From contig JAGVNC010000084.1 in assembly GCA_020053475.1 (NCBI GenBank), forward strand, positions 4,201-68,200: 64,000 nucleotides of DNA. The letters run 5' to 3'. This document shows, one piece after another, positions 46,736 to 56,833 of this stretch. This DNA is from Candidatus Omnitrophota bacterium (lineage in GTDB: Bacteria; Omnitrophota; Gorgyraeia; Zapsychrales; Zapsychraceae). The notes under the pieces were generated by a model. The model was not told the DNA's origin, searched no databases, and worked only from the letters and a program-made list of their open reading frames with translations. Numbering within the stretch: position 1 is the first letter of the stretch; every line of letters begins with the position of its first letter. The translations under genes and the position numbers were made by a program.

Positions 46736-48376
46736 TCATCTCTCTCCATTTTTAAGGACGACAAGGCCTTCCTTATTGGTATAAGCAAGAAAATACTTTG
46801 AATCTTTCGCCTTAAGATATTTTCTGAAGAGGAACTCTTCTGCTAAGCCCTTCTTAATATTTTCATCTTTAGCCTGACCAATATAAATCTGCACGGGACG
46901 CTTAGCTTCATTTTCAACGATATCAAAGGAAAAATCCGGTTCCTTCTTATGCTGATTCTTAAAGCGTTCCAATTGGGAAACCAATTGTCCCCAAGAACGG
47001 TATTTTGCAGACATCTCACGATTAAACTGAAAACTCATCCAAGCATTTAAAATGATACTCATAAGTAAGATAGTAAAAAGAAGGCTTTTCTGATGATCAA
47101 ATCTCTTGATCTCTATATTTTTGTAGGAAGATGTAAAAGTGATTAAAAACATGGTTAAAAAAAGAGCTAAAGGATAAAAATGATGCAATTGATACGTCAA
47201 ATAAACGAAAGACCTATCAGATACTCTCCCCAATAAAACAAATAAAAGGTAACACCAAAAAAGGATAAAACTTAATGACCGAATGGGATAAAGAGGACCC
47301 TTCTTGAAGGTCTCTAATTCTGAATTCTTGTTGAGTAAACTAAAACGTACTATTCTATAAAGACCTATCAAACAAAGACAAACCAACAAAAGATTAAGGC
47401 TGCTCAAAAAAGGATTGGCAATCAGGTCATATACAAATTTTTCCCGCGTCGGCAAATAAAGCATTGGTTTGTCACCGGAATTGATTTGAATAAAAACAGG
47501 GAAAATAAGCGATTGAATAAAGAAATTTAACGTAGCGAATAGCTGCTTTATCAGAATAAACCCGTCAAACTTTATCGCCTTGCTAAAAATTTCAACACGC
47601 GAATGAACAAAATAATCCATAAAATTGGCAACAAAATAACTGACCGCAGGGATACAGAGTAGGGAAACGGATTTTCGCAGGCCATGCCCTCTACTCTCCT
47701 CTTTGCTTACACTTTTCAACAGAAACATGACAAACACAATGTTGACCAAAATAGAAAATTCATAAGTCAAACACCCCAATGTAAGGAATAAAACCGCTAA
47801 CGATAAATGCCGTTGAGCATTTTGGGGGAAGTGCAGAAAAGAAATAAAATGCTGCAAAGATTGAAGAATAAGAATCAAAGCCAGAAGATATCCGTTTACA
47901 TGATGCCAAATGACCATCTCTTGGCTTAGAGCCGTGACCGAAAAATTTAATAAAAATAGCACCAAGATAAGATTTGGAGCTATAGCCTTAAATAAACGTA
48001 ACAGCTGGCCAATCAAAATCAGATGAAAGATTATCCCCAGCATCTGCCAATAGATAAAGTTATAACCAAAAAATAATTCTTCAAGGCTTAACAACAAAAA
48101 GAAAATAGGCCGGAAAAGAAGTTGGTCACCACCCGACAAAAACATGTTGCGATTGTAGGAGAGACTGAAGGCAAGTTTATCGAAAAAATGATCGAAAGCT
48201 GACGTTTGGATAAGATAAGTAAGCTGATCTGCCCGAGCGACATGAAACAAAGAAGGGAAGTAAACCACGCAATTGGCTAACAGAAGAATTACAAGACCAA
48301 TCCAATATTTATTTTGGGACTCACTATTATCTTTGTCAGAATTTATTTGTATCTTATCTCCTCCCATAAGCTCCAT
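46736..48376 (-). CDS. AT-rich multi-TM protein, GT-C-like
   Basis: RADQ loop after TM1, LFRPI, FHLI and TYE motifs resemble the TMTC/ArnT-like fold. Confidence 0.6.
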   Translation of the reverse strand: MELMGGDKIQINSDKDNSESQNKYWIGLVILLLANCVVYFPSLFHVARADQLTYLIQTSAFDHFFDKLAFSLSYNRNMFLSGGDQLLFRPIFFLLLSLEELFFGYNFIYWQMLGIIFHLILIGQLLRLFKAIAPNLILVLFLLNFSVTALSQEMVIWHHVNGYLLALILILQSLQHFISFLHFPQNAQRHLSLAVLFLTLGCLTYEFSILVNIVFVMFLLKSVSKEESRGHGLRKSVSLLCIPAVSYFVANFMDYFVHSRVEIFSKAIKFDGFILIKQLFATLNFFIQSLIFPVFIQINSGDKPMLYLPTREKFVYDLIANPFLSSLNLLLVCLCLIGLYRIVRFSLLNKNSELETFKKGPLYPIRSLSFILFWCYLLFVLLGRVSDRSFVYLTYQLHHFYPLALFLTMFLITFTSSYKNIEIKRFDHQKSLLFTILLMSIILNAWMSFQFNREMSAKYRSWGQLVSQLERFKNQHKKEPDFSFDIVENEAKRPVQIYIGQAKDENIKKGLAEEFLFRKYLKAKDSKYFLAYTNKEGLVVLKNGER

Positions 48377-48594
48377 ATGATGGTTATATTAGCCTTGATG
48401 ATATAGGGATTGCCGACAGTTGTCCAAGTGGTAGGCGTTGTAATATTCGTAGTAACATCGGTGGCGAGAGCTAATGGACAAAAGATAAAGAGAAAAAAGG
48501 TTAAAAGTCCGAAAACAATCTCGCGCTTTCGCTCAAAACCTTTTCTAATTGAATTAAGGAATGAATACATAGTTTTCCGCAAAAATAAAGCCAA
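48343..48594 (-). pseudogene. Truncated N-terminus of a secreted beta-helix-type protein
   Basis: Signal peptide followed by TDVTTNITTPTTWTTVGNPYIIKANITI, then an abrupt end. Confidence 0.55.
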
Positions 48595-48647
48595 AGAAAG
48601 GAATATTGTGGCTATATTCCGAAGAACCTGAATGGGGTAGTTTAAGT

Positions 48648-48740
48648 TTACCCTAGAATCACAAAGTTAATCAGCTTCCCGGGGACATAAATAAACTTTT
48701 TGACGGGCTTATGCTGAACAAATTCCTGGATCTTGGCATC
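48648..48740 (-). repeat. Diverged duplicate of the leuS 3' end
   Basis: Encodes [25 protein letters not shown], identical to the leuS C-terminus (49536-49610), with 11 third-position differences. Confidence 0.95.
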
Positions 48741-48842
48741 CCCCAAGGCGAAATAAACGGGTCAACTCCCTTTCCCTCGCTCTTCATTATACAATATACC
48801 CCAAGTCATGAGGGTTGGCAAAAAAATAAATGGGCCCCAGGC

Positions 48843-49358
48843 TTACGCATGGAACCCAATCCTGCCCTTGGGCTTCTCATCTTCAGCCATCAGCCGGCGG
48901 ATGGCGTCGAAGATACGCTGGACCTCTTCATCTTTTTCATCCATCCTTCTTTCGAGCTGGCCTAATTTCTTGGCCAAGGCATTGTGGCCGCTTAAAATCT
49001 TCCTTAATTTCACAAACGCCCTCATAATGGCGATGTTGACCTGCACCGCGCGCTCACTGTTCAAAACACTGGAAAGCATGAGGATCCCGTGTTCCGTGAA
49101 AGCGAAAGGATCTTTCCGCAACCCCATCTTCTCCTTATTGGATATAACAATTTGTGATATCCAATTTTGAGTCTCTGCCTTGGTGAGCTGGAACATAAAA
49201 TCACACGGGAACCTGTTCTTATTTCTTTTCACAGCCTGATTGAGCGCCCCTGTCTCCACCCCATACAATTCGGCCAGATCTCTATCAAGCATGACCTTTT
49301 GCCCACGGATCAGAAAGATCTTTTGCTGGATCACCTGTACGTCGACGCCTGTACGCAT
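48843..49358 (-). CDS. ORF6N-domain DNA-binding protein
   Basis: IRGQKVMLDRDLAELYGVET..LNQAVKRN..RFP.DFMFQLT, AFTEHG..MLSSVLNS..A..VNI.IMRAFV and C-terminal IGF. Confidence 0.93.
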   Translation of the reverse strand: MRTGVDVQVIQQKIFLIRGQKVMLDRDLAELYGVETGALNQAVKRNKNRFPCDFMFQLTKAETQNWISQIVISNKEKMGLRKDPFAFTEHGILMLSSVLNSERAVQVNIAIMRAFVKLRKILSGHNALAKKLGQLERRMDEKDEEVQRIFDAIRRLMAEDEKPKGRIGFHA

Positions 49359-49523
49359 AAAAAATCCCCCTTCAGTTTATAGAACTTAACCAAGGGGGAT
49401 GAAATTGAACGACGCTATCTTATGATTTAGCGATTAATTTGTCAACCGGAGAATCTTCCCGTGTCAAACCAAAATTAAAATGTCCTAATTTTTTAGAGGA
49501 GTTGGGACACGTAACTTTATTTA

Positions 49524-52007
49524 CTAAACAACCAGATTGATCAGCTTCCCTGGGACGTAGATGAATTTCTTGACGGGCTTATGCTGGACAAATTCCTGGA
49601 TTTTGGCGTCGTTGAGGGCGAGTGTTTTTAATTCTTCCTCTTGAATGTCGACGGAAACATCGAATTTTCCGCGCAGCTTCCCGTTGACCTGGACAACCAC
49701 CAGGATCTTGTCTTGCTTAAGGGCACTCTCTTCGTATGTCGGCCAGGCCGCGCGTACAATACTCTCCTCTTTCCCGCCGATTGTTTGCCACAATTCCTCG
49801 GCTAAATGCGGAGCGATCGGGGAAAGCAATCGAACAATGGTTTGAATGGTTCGATTGATCAAAATTTTCTTTTCTGTCCCTTTCTGATTCACGGCGCGGT
49901 ATCGGTCGGCGCTGTTCATCAAGATCATTAAGTTACTCACAACGGTATTGAATTTATAATTATCAAAATCTTCCGAAATCTTTTTAATCATCGAGTTACG
50001 TTCCCGCTCAATCGTTTTATCAGCCTCTGTTAACTGATAAGCGTGATCCAATTTTTCTCCAAGGGAAGGATTATATTCGCCGGTGAAATGAGAGACACGA
50101 TTTAAGAACCTCCACGCCCCATCAAGCCCATCGTCATTCCATTCCAATTGATCTTCCGGCGGTGCCGCAAACAAAATAAATAAACGCAACACATCCGCCC
50201 CATATTTCTCGATAATTTCATCCGGATCAACCGTGTTCCCCTTTGATTTCGACATGACTTCTCCATTTTTTAAGACCATGCCTTGGGTCAACAGCCGGAC
50301 AAACGGTTCGTCGACGTTGACCAATCCGATGTCTTTAAGAAATTTGGTAAAAAAGCGTGAATACAAAAGATGCAGGATCGCGTGCTCGATCCCGCCGACA
50401 TATTGATCGACGGGCATCCAATAGGCCGCTTCTTGTTTGTCGAAAATTTTGGCTGCATCCTTCGGCGAACAAAACCGCAAATAATACCACGAAGAATCAA
50501 AGAACGTGGCCATGGTGTCCGTTTCGCGCCGGGCTTTTCCTTTGCACTTAGGACAATTCACGTTGACGAATTCGGCGCAATGCTTAAGCGGGCTTCCTCC
50601 TTCACCGGTGATTTTGATCTTCTGCGGTAAAACGACCGGCAGATCTTTCTCGGGCACCGGCACTGTCCCGCATTTGGGGCAATCAATCATCGGGATCGGT
50701 GTTCCCCAATAACGTTGACGGGAAATCAACCAATCACGTAAACGCCAATAGGTTGTAATTTTGCCGATTGTTGTTTGTTCCATCCATTCGGCGATCTTTT
50801 GTTTGGCCTCTTCATTAGGCAAACCATTAAACTGGGCGGAATTAACCAGCGGCCCCTGATCTTCATATGCTCTTTGAAGATCCTCGACGCACAGATTAGG
50901 GGTTTGCGGATTTTGGATGACGATTCGCATCGGCAAATTGTTTTCTTTCGCAAAAAGAAAATCACGTTGATCGTGGGCCGGGACAGCCATAATAGCGCCC
51001 GTTCCGTAGTCCATCAGCACATAATCGGCGATCCAAATAGGAATCGTTTCCTTATTGACCGGATTGATCGCATATGCGCCGCTAAACATCCCTTCTTTCT
51101 TCAAATCGCCGGACATCCGTAAACTTTTAGGCCGCGCCATTGTCCTTTCAACAAACGCTCTCACTGTTTTTTCCTGCAGTGTCCCCTTGATGAGTTTTTC
51201 CACCAGAGGATGTTCCGGAGCCAACACTACATACGTCGCCCCAAAAATCGTGTCCGGCCTCGTTGTAAAAACCGTGATGACATCCTTAGAATTGTTGACG
51301 TTAAAATAAATTTCCGCGCCGAAACTTTTTCCGATCCAGTTTTCCTGCATCGCTTTGACGCGGCTCGGCCAGTGACTCAATGTTGTTAAGTCTTTCAATA
51401 ATGCGTCGTTGTAATGGGTGATCTTTAAATACCATTGATCCAAATCTTTTTGCACGACGGTCGTTTTGCACCGCCAGCATTCGCCTTGAATGACCTCTTC
51501 GTTGGCGAGTGTCGTTTCACAGTTGGGGCACCAATTCACCGATGAAATTTTTTTATAGGCCAGGCCTTTCTCGAACATCTTCAAAAAAATCCATTGGTTC
51601 CATTTGTAATATTCTTGGCCGCATGTGGCGATCTCGCGGCCCCAGTCGTAGGAAAACCCCATTCTCTTTAACCCTGTCCGCATTTCCTCAATACAAGCAT
51701 ACGTCCATTGGGCGGGATCGATGTCACGCTTGATGGCGGCATTTTCGGCGGGTTGGCCAAAGGCGTCATAGCCCATGGGATGAAGCACATTAAAGCCTTG
51801 CATCATTTTGAAACGGGCGATGACGTCGGCGATCGTGTAATTGCGGACATGCCCCATGTGAATTTTTCCGGAAGGATAAGGGAACATTTCCAAGACGTAA
51901 TATTTTTTCTTATCCTTGCGCATCGTGGCTTTAAAGATGTGCTTATTGTGCCAAATCTTCTGCCACTTCTCTTCGATCTCTTTGATATTTTCGATATGGT
52001 AGGCCAT
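49524..52007 (-). CDS. leuS: Leucine--tRNA ligase
   Basis: [23 protein letters not shown] and VMSKSKGN motifs. Confidence 0.99.
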   Translation of the reverse strand: MAYHIENIKEIEEKWQKIWHNKHIFKATMRKDKKKYYVLEMFPYPSGKIHMGHVRNYTIADVIARFKMMQGFNVLHPMGYDAFGQPAENAAIKRDIDPAQWTYACIEEMRTGLKRMGFSYDWGREIATCGQEYYKWNQWIFLKMFEKGLAYKKISSVNWCPNCETTLANEEVIQGECWRCKTTVVQKDLDQWYLKITHYNDALLKDLTTLSHWPSRVKAMQENWIGKSFGAEIYFNVNNSKDVITVFTTRPDTIFGATYVVLAPEHPLVEKLIKGTLQEKTVRAFVERTMARPKSLRMSGDLKKEGMFSGAYAINPVNKETIPIWIADYVLMDYGTGAIMAVPAHDQRDFLFAKENNLPMRIVIQNPQTPNLCVEDLQRAYEDQGPLVNSAQFNGLPNEEAKQKIAEWMEQTTIGKITTYWRLRDWLISRQRYWGTPIPMIDCPKCGTVPVPEKDLPVVLPQKIKITGEGGSPLKHCAEFVNVNCPKCKGKARRETDTMATFFDSSWYYLRFCSPKDAAKIFDKQEAAYWMPVDQYVGGIEHAILHLLYSRFFTKFLKDIGLVNVDEPFVRLLTQGMVLKNGEVMSKSKGNTVDPDEIIEKYGADVLRLFILFAAPPEDQLEWNDDGLDGAWRFLNRVSHFTGEYNPSLGEKLDHAYQLTEADKTIERERNSMIKKISEDFDNYKFNTVVSNLMILMNSADRYRAVNQKGTEKKILINRTIQTIVRLLSPIAPHLAEELWQTIGGKEESIVRAAWPTYEESALKQDKILVVVQVNGKLRGKFDVSVDIQEEELKTLALNDAKIQEFVQHKPVKKFIYVPGKLINLVV

Positions 52008-52026
52008 CAAGTTCCCCTAAAATTCA

Positions 52027-52061
52027 AAAGGGAATAACCTTGCGCTGCAGGTATTCCCTTT
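52027..52061 (-). terminator. Hairpin between the speD-like gene and leuS
   Basis: aaagggaata.cct...aggtattcccttt. Confidence 0.5.
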
Positions 52062-52085
52062 CGGTATTGTACTATAAAACGTTAT

Positions 52086-52580
52086 TTACGCGAGAAGCTT
52101 TTCTTTCTTGCGGATGACGACATCCGGCGCGTTTAAGGAACCTTGTTCCACCGTCATCGTGTGATAGGTCGTATCCAACTTGTAATAATCAGCACCTCGT
52201 TCAATATATTGAGCGTCGATGCGTTTGGGTCCGAAGAACCGGCGGCAGAAATTTTGGGCTTCTTGTGAGTCGAAACAACGGCAGCAATAAACATCGATTG
52301 TGATAAAATTCTTAGGAGAAAGCGTGTGAATGACAACCGAACTTTCAATCAATGGCACCCATCCGGAAAGGCCGGCTTTGTCGGGAAAACGAATTTCGTC
52401 GCTGCGGAAAATATTCGGTGGGGCCTGTTTTTCCATGCCTAACGCGTTGACAATCTCGTCGAGAAACTGGTAATTTAATGTCAGATCGTCACAGACGCCC
52501 GGCTTGCAATCATACAGGTCTAACAACAGTTGGTAACCAAAAACTTGCTTGGTTGGGGGTTTATACATTTTGTTTAGCAT
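52086..52580 (-). CDS. Pyruvoyl-dependent S-adenosylmethionine decarboxylase-family protein
   Basis: LLLDLYDC, GLSG..PLIESSVVIHT, IDVYCC and IERG motifs. Confidence 0.8.
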   Translation of the reverse strand: MLNKMYKPPTKQVFGYQLLLDLYDCKPGVCDDLTLNYQFLDEIVNALGMEKQAPPNIFRSDEIRFPDKAGLSGWVPLIESSVVIHTLSPKNFITIDVYCCRCFDSQEAQNFCRRFFGPKRIDAQYIERGADYYKLDTTYHTMTVEQGSLNAPDVVIRKKEKLLA

Positions 52581-52822
52581 CCTTCGTTAAATTGTTAATT
52601 TTCCCTTTATACTACAAATTGTATAAGAAATCCACAAAATATTTTGCTCCCGGCACGGACCTCCCTGCCTACCGGCAGTCTTTTGAATGAATTATTACAT
52701 CAATATTTTTCGCAGTCAAAGTAAATATCATATATTTTCGTTAACGGATTTTGTTTCTAAATGATTATTTGCAAAAAAATGGGAAATATCCTAAAATGAA
52801 TGCCGAATCAGAAGGAAACACG

Positions 52823-53023
52823 ATGAACATTCTTGTCAATGGCCACCCAAAAGACTTCCCCGAAGCCCACAATTTAAAAAACATCATTGAACAATTGTGC
52901 GCCCAGACGTCGCGTGTCATGGCCGAGGTCAATGGAAAGATTATCCGTAGTCCGCAATGGGAATCAACGCCTCTTAAAGACGGCGATAAAATTGAATTAG
53001 TGAGCTTTGTGGGCGGGGGATGA
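52823..53023 (+). CDS. thiS: Sulfur carrier ThiS
   Basis: MNILVNG...GDKIELVSFVGGG. Confidence 0.95.
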   Translation: MNILVNGHPKDFPEAHNLKNIIEQLCAQTSRVMAEVNGKIIRSPQWESTPLKDGDKIELVSFVGGG

Positions 53024-53025
53024 AT

Positions 53026-53083
53026 TAGTCGCTCATCACTAGACTCTCGTCTCTCCAGCGACCAGAGACGAGAGACAAGCGAC
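53026..53083. repeat. 7-bp-periodic inverted-repeat element, family C, copy 2
   Basis: ctcatca ctagact ctcgtct ctc cagcgac cagagac gagagac aagcgac. Confidence 0.7.
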
Positions 53084-53092
53084 ATTGAATAT

Positions 53093-53905
53093 ATGTCAAC
53101 AACACAAACCGACCAATCTGAAACTCTTCAAGATACGCCTCTGGTGATCGCCAAGAAATCATTCACCAATCGCTTTCTTTTAGGCACAGGAAAATTCAAA
53201 AATAAGATCGACCTGCGCGACAGTATCTTGGCCTCACAGACACAGCTGGTAACCGTGGCCCTGCGCCGCATTGATCTCGAACGTCACGAAGAAAATATTC
53301 TGGAATATATCCCTGAAAATGTGACGCTCATGACCAATACATCCGGCGCGCGCAATGCCAAAGAGGCCATCCGCATCGCCCATTTAGCCCGCGAATCAGG
53401 TTGCGGATTGTGGATCAAAATCGAGGTGATTAACGACAGCAAATATCTTTTGCCCGATAACGAAGAAACCGTTAAAGCCACCGAAACCCTGGCCAAGGAG
53501 GGCTTTATTGTCCTTCCCTATATGTATCCTGACCTGTATGTCGCTCGGGCATTGGTCAAGGCCGGAGCCGCGGCCGTGATGCCATTAGGCTCGTTAATTG
53601 GCAGCAACCAGGGATTAAAAGCCAAAGAGTTTATCAAAATCCTCATTCAGGAAATTGACGAAGTCCCCATTATCGTGGACGCCGGGATCGGCGCCCCTTC
53701 GCAAGCTGCCGAAGCCATGGAAATGGGCGCCGATGCCATTCTAGCCAACACTGCTGTGGCGGCCGCTGGACATCCGGCCGAGTTGGCCCAAGCGTTCCAC
53801 TTAGCGGTCCAGGCAGGCCGTTTGGCTTATCTAAGCCAAATGCCTCTCCCCCAAGATATCGCCAGCGCTTCTTCTCCCCTCACGGGATTTTTATATGAGT
53901 CGTAA
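53093..53905 (+). CDS. thiG: Thiazole synthase
   Basis: LGTGK, TVALRR, NTSG, IKIEV, VMPLGS.IGS and DAGIG motifs. Confidence 0.97.
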   Translation: MSTTQTDQSETLQDTPLVIAKKSFTNRFLLGTGKFKNKIDLRDSILASQTQLVTVALRRIDLERHEENILEYIPENVTLMTNTSGARNAKEAIRIAHLARESGCGLWIKIEVINDSKYLLPDNEETVKATETLAKEGFIVLPYMYPDLYVARALVKAGAAAVMPLGSLIGSNQGLKAKEFIKILIQEIDEVPIIVDAGIGAPSQAAEAMEMGADAILANTAVAAAGHPAELAQAFHLAVQAGRLAYLSQMPLPQDIASASSPLTGFLYES

Positions 53906-53918
53906 CCCAAAAACAAAA

Positions 53919-54066
53919 GCTCGGGTGACGTCCCGAGAAATGTTGAACATTTCTCGGGATCAATCCCTGAAATCGTTTCACGATTTCAAGGGACCGGAGG
54001 CGAGGCCTCCGTTCGCCCGCAGTCAAACGAGGACGAACGGAGTGCCGCAGGCGGCAGGACCCGAGC
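53919..54066. repeat. Multi-hairpin element closed by GCTCGGGT/ACCCGAGC
   Basis: At least four internal stems between 8-bp terminal inverted repeats. Confidence 0.75.
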
Positions 54067-54067
54067 G

Positions 54068-55090
54068 ATGATTACCTTATCTGAAATTAAAGGAATTCTC
54101 AACAATCCCAGCCCGGAATTCTTAGAAGATCTCGCGCAACAATCAAAACAGATCACCCAGCAATATTTCGGCCGGACGATTTCATTGTACGCCCCTTTAT
54201 ACTTATCCAATTTCTGTTCAAGCCACTGCACCTATTGCGGGTTCCACAGCCACAATCGAATTAAACGATTCAAATTAACCGACAAAGAAATGCATCAAGA
54301 AATGAAATTCGTGGCGGGCCAAGGAATCGAGAACATTTTGCTTTTAACTGGCGAATCATACAACGTCACTCCTCTTTCCTATTTAAAACAAGCCGCCGGG
54401 GCCGCGAAACATTACTTCCCTAGTATCGCCATTGAAGTGCACCCGATGGAAACACAAGAATACCAAGAGCTCTTTGAACACGGGGTCGACGGTGTGACCG
54501 TGTATCAGGAAACGTACGATCGTTCCCGTTACGCTCAAGTGCACTTAAGTGGAACCAAGGCTGATTACGATTATCGTTACGCCACGGCCCAACGCGCCGC
54601 ACAAGGAGGCATACGCAGTATTTCGTTAGGCATCCTATTGGGCCTCGCGGACGTGGCCGAAGATCTTTTGGCCCTTTATCAACACGTCCATGCCCTGGAG
54701 AAAAATTTCCCAGGAGTAGAATATAGCGTTTCGTTCCCGAGATTAAAACCGATCAAGGGCGAAAATTTTGCGAAATGCTACGTTGACGATCGGATATTCA
54801 TCAAAATTATTTGCCTCACCCGGATTTTATTCCCGCGTGTGGGCATCAATTTATCAACGCGCGAAAAACCGCAATTGCGGGATCGCGCCCTCGAGTTAGG
54901 CATTACACGCATGTCGGCCGGGTCCAACACATCGGTGGGCGGATATACGTTAAAATCAAGCGAAGAACAAGACCCTCAATTCGACATCGAAGATCACCGT
55001 TCGGTCAAAGACATTATTACGCTTCTCAAACAACGGAATTTCGATCCTGTCTTGACCGACTGGCGACGGATCGAGAATAAAATCCCATGA
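54068..55090 (+). CDS. thiH: 2-iminoacetate synthase (radical SAM)
   Basis: YAPLYLSNFCSSHCTYCGF, YQETY, SFPRL and LSTRE motifs; thi operon context. Confidence 0.93.
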   Translation: MITLSEIKGILNNPSPEFLEDLAQQSKQITQQYFGRTISLYAPLYLSNFCSSHCTYCGFHSHNRIKRFKLTDKEMHQEMKFVAGQGIENILLLTGESYNVTPLSYLKQAAGAAKHYFPSIAIEVHPMETQEYQELFEHGVDGVTVYQETYDRSRYAQVHLSGTKADYDYRYATAQRAAQGGIRSISLGILLGLADVAEDLLALYQHVHALEKNFPGVEYSVSFPRLKPIKGENFAKCYVDDRIFIKIICLTRILFPRVGINLSTREKPQLRDRALELGITRMSAGSNTSVGGYTLKSSEEQDPQFDIEDHRSVKDIITLLKQRNFDPVLTDWRRIENKIP

Positions 55091-55719
55091 CCATTAAACA
55101 ATTAAATGCCCTCGAACAAGGGCTTTTACGTTACTTAAGCCAAGAGCAGCTCAAAAAAATCCAATCTGTTAACGTCGGTATTGGCGGGGCCGGTGGACTT
55201 GGCTCAAACGTGGCGATGATGCTCGTGCGGACAGGATTTAAACAGATTGAAATCATTGACCACGATGTGATCGAACCTTCCAATCTAAATCGTCAGCAAT
55301 ATTTCGCCGATGAAGTGGGATTCCCCAAAGTGGACGTTTTGCAGAAACGGCTGTTGGCGATTAATCCCGATGCGCAGATTACCATTCACCGTATTAAATG
55401 GGCGCCGCAAGAGGCACAAAAATATTTTCAAGGATGTGATTTTATTGTGGAAGCCTTTGATCAGGTGGACGGGAAACACACATTTGTGGATACTTATCAC
55501 GACAAAGTGAAATTTATGGTCAGCGGTGTCGGGATGGCCGGCTTGACGCAGAAAAAATCAATGACATTACGCAAAATCGGCAATGTCTATATCGCCGGCG
55601 ATACCCAAACCTGTTCCCACCAAGGCCACCCTCCGATGGCGCCGCGCGTGACCCAATGCGCTGCCATGATGGCCGAAGTCGTCCTCGATTTGACGCTAGG
55701 GATCAATCCCCTTAAATAA
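55087..55719 (+). CDS. thiF: Sulfur carrier protein adenylyltransferase ThiF
   Basis: GAGGLGS, SNLNRQ and APRV motifs. Confidence 0.9.
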   Translation: MTIKQLNALEQGLLRYLSQEQLKKIQSVNVGIGGAGGLGSNVAMMLVRTGFKQIEIIDHDVIEPSNLNRQQYFADEVGFPKVDVLQKRLLAINPDAQITIHRIKWAPQEAQKYFQGCDFIVEAFDQVDGKHTFVDTYHDKVKFMVSGVGMAGLTQKKSMTLRKIGNVYIAGDTQTCSHQGHPPMAPRVTQCAAMMAEVVLDLTLGINPLK

Positions 55720-55784
55720 ATAGGGACAGACACTATTTTTCAGAAAAATAGTGTCTGTCCCTATTTTAATTTGTCCCTATTTTA
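55718..55784. repeat. AAATAGGGACAGACAC palindrome with a third half-copy
   Basis: aaatagggacagacactattttt-cag-aaaaatagtgtctgtccctattt, then tgtccctatttt. Confidence 0.85.
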
Positions 55785-55801
55785 ATTAAGATAAACCAAA
55801 A

Positions 55802-56764
55802 TTAACTACGATATTCGGCAAAAAGATCCGTGCTCAAATACCGTTCGCCGGTACTGGGGAGAATCACCACAATGAGCTTCCCCTTATTTTCCGGACGTTT
55901 GGCCACTTGCAGCGCGGCACAGACGGCGGCACCAGACGAAATCCCGCAAAGGATGCCTTCTTCACGAATCAGCCGTTTTGCATAGGTCATGGCCTCATCG
56001 TTATCGACTTGAATGATCTCATCGATCATTTTTGTATTTAATATTTTGGGAACAAAACCAGCGCCGATCCCTTGAATTTTATGCGGGCCGGGTTGGCCAC
56101 CGGAAAGAACCGGAGACCCTTTGGGTTCGACGGCAACACATTTGAATGACGGTTTTCGTTTCTTAATGACTTCTCCGACACCGGTAATAGTCCCGCCGGT
56201 CCCGACCCCTGAAATAAGAATATCCGCCTTGCCATCGGTATCGTTCCAGATCTCCTCGGCCGTTGTCTTACGATGGGTTTCCACATTAGCAGGATTCTCA
56301 AATTGCTGAGGAACAAAATAATTCGAATCAGAGGCCGCCAATTCTTGGGCCTTACGAATCGCGCCCTTCATGCCTTCGGCCCCCGGCGTCAATACTAAAT
56401 TCGCCCCCAACCCTCGTAACAACGCCCGGCGTTCCAAACTCATCGTTTCCGGCATCGTTAATGTGCATTTATATCCTTTGTAGGCGCAGACAAACGCTAA
56501 CGCAATCCCGGTGTTCCCGGATGTCGGCTCCAAAATCACCGTTTTGTCTTTATTGATTTTCCCCGCTTTCTCAGCCGCTTCAATCATGGCCAAACCGATG
56601 CGGTCTTTGACCGATCCTAGCGGGTTAAAAAATTCCAATTTTAAAACGATATCAGCCACGCAACCTTGGCTGACTTTATTGAGTCTGACGAGCGGCGTTC
56701 TTCCGACCAGTTCACCGATATTGTTGGCAATTTTCATTTTACTGTCTGTGGCTGTTGGTCCCAT
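55802..56764 (-). CDS. cysK: Cysteine synthase A
   Basis: [32 protein letters not shown] and ERYLST motifs. Confidence 0.97.
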   Translation of the reverse strand: MGPTATDSKMKIANNIGELVGRTPLVRLNKVSQGCVADIVLKLEFFNPLGSVKDRIGLAMIEAAEKAGKINKDKTVILEPTSGNTGIALAFVCAYKGYKCTLTMPETMSLERRALLRGLGANLVLTPGAEGMKGAIRKAQELAASDSNYFVPQQFENPANVETHRKTTAEEIWNDTDGKADILISGVGTGGTITGVGEVIKKRKPSFKCVAVEPKGSPVLSGGQPGPHKIQGIGAGFVPKILNTKMIDEIIQVDNDEAMTYAKRLIREEGILCGISSGAAVCAALQVAKRPENKGKLIVVILPSTGERYLSTDLFAEYRS

Positions 56765-56833
56765 AACGAAACCTCCGTCCTTATCAGGATTGATGGGTTA
56801 ATGATAAATAATGCGTGATTATAACACTCATCT

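Noticed and set aside
48648-49610. leuS tail duplication as a DGR template/variable repeat pair
   Set aside because: Mismatches are at synonymous third positions rather than adenine-specific, and no reverse transcriptase is present.
52600-52822. TPP riboswitch upstream of the thi operon
   Set aside because: No CTGAGA/ACCTGA consensus is visible; the leader is AT-rich.
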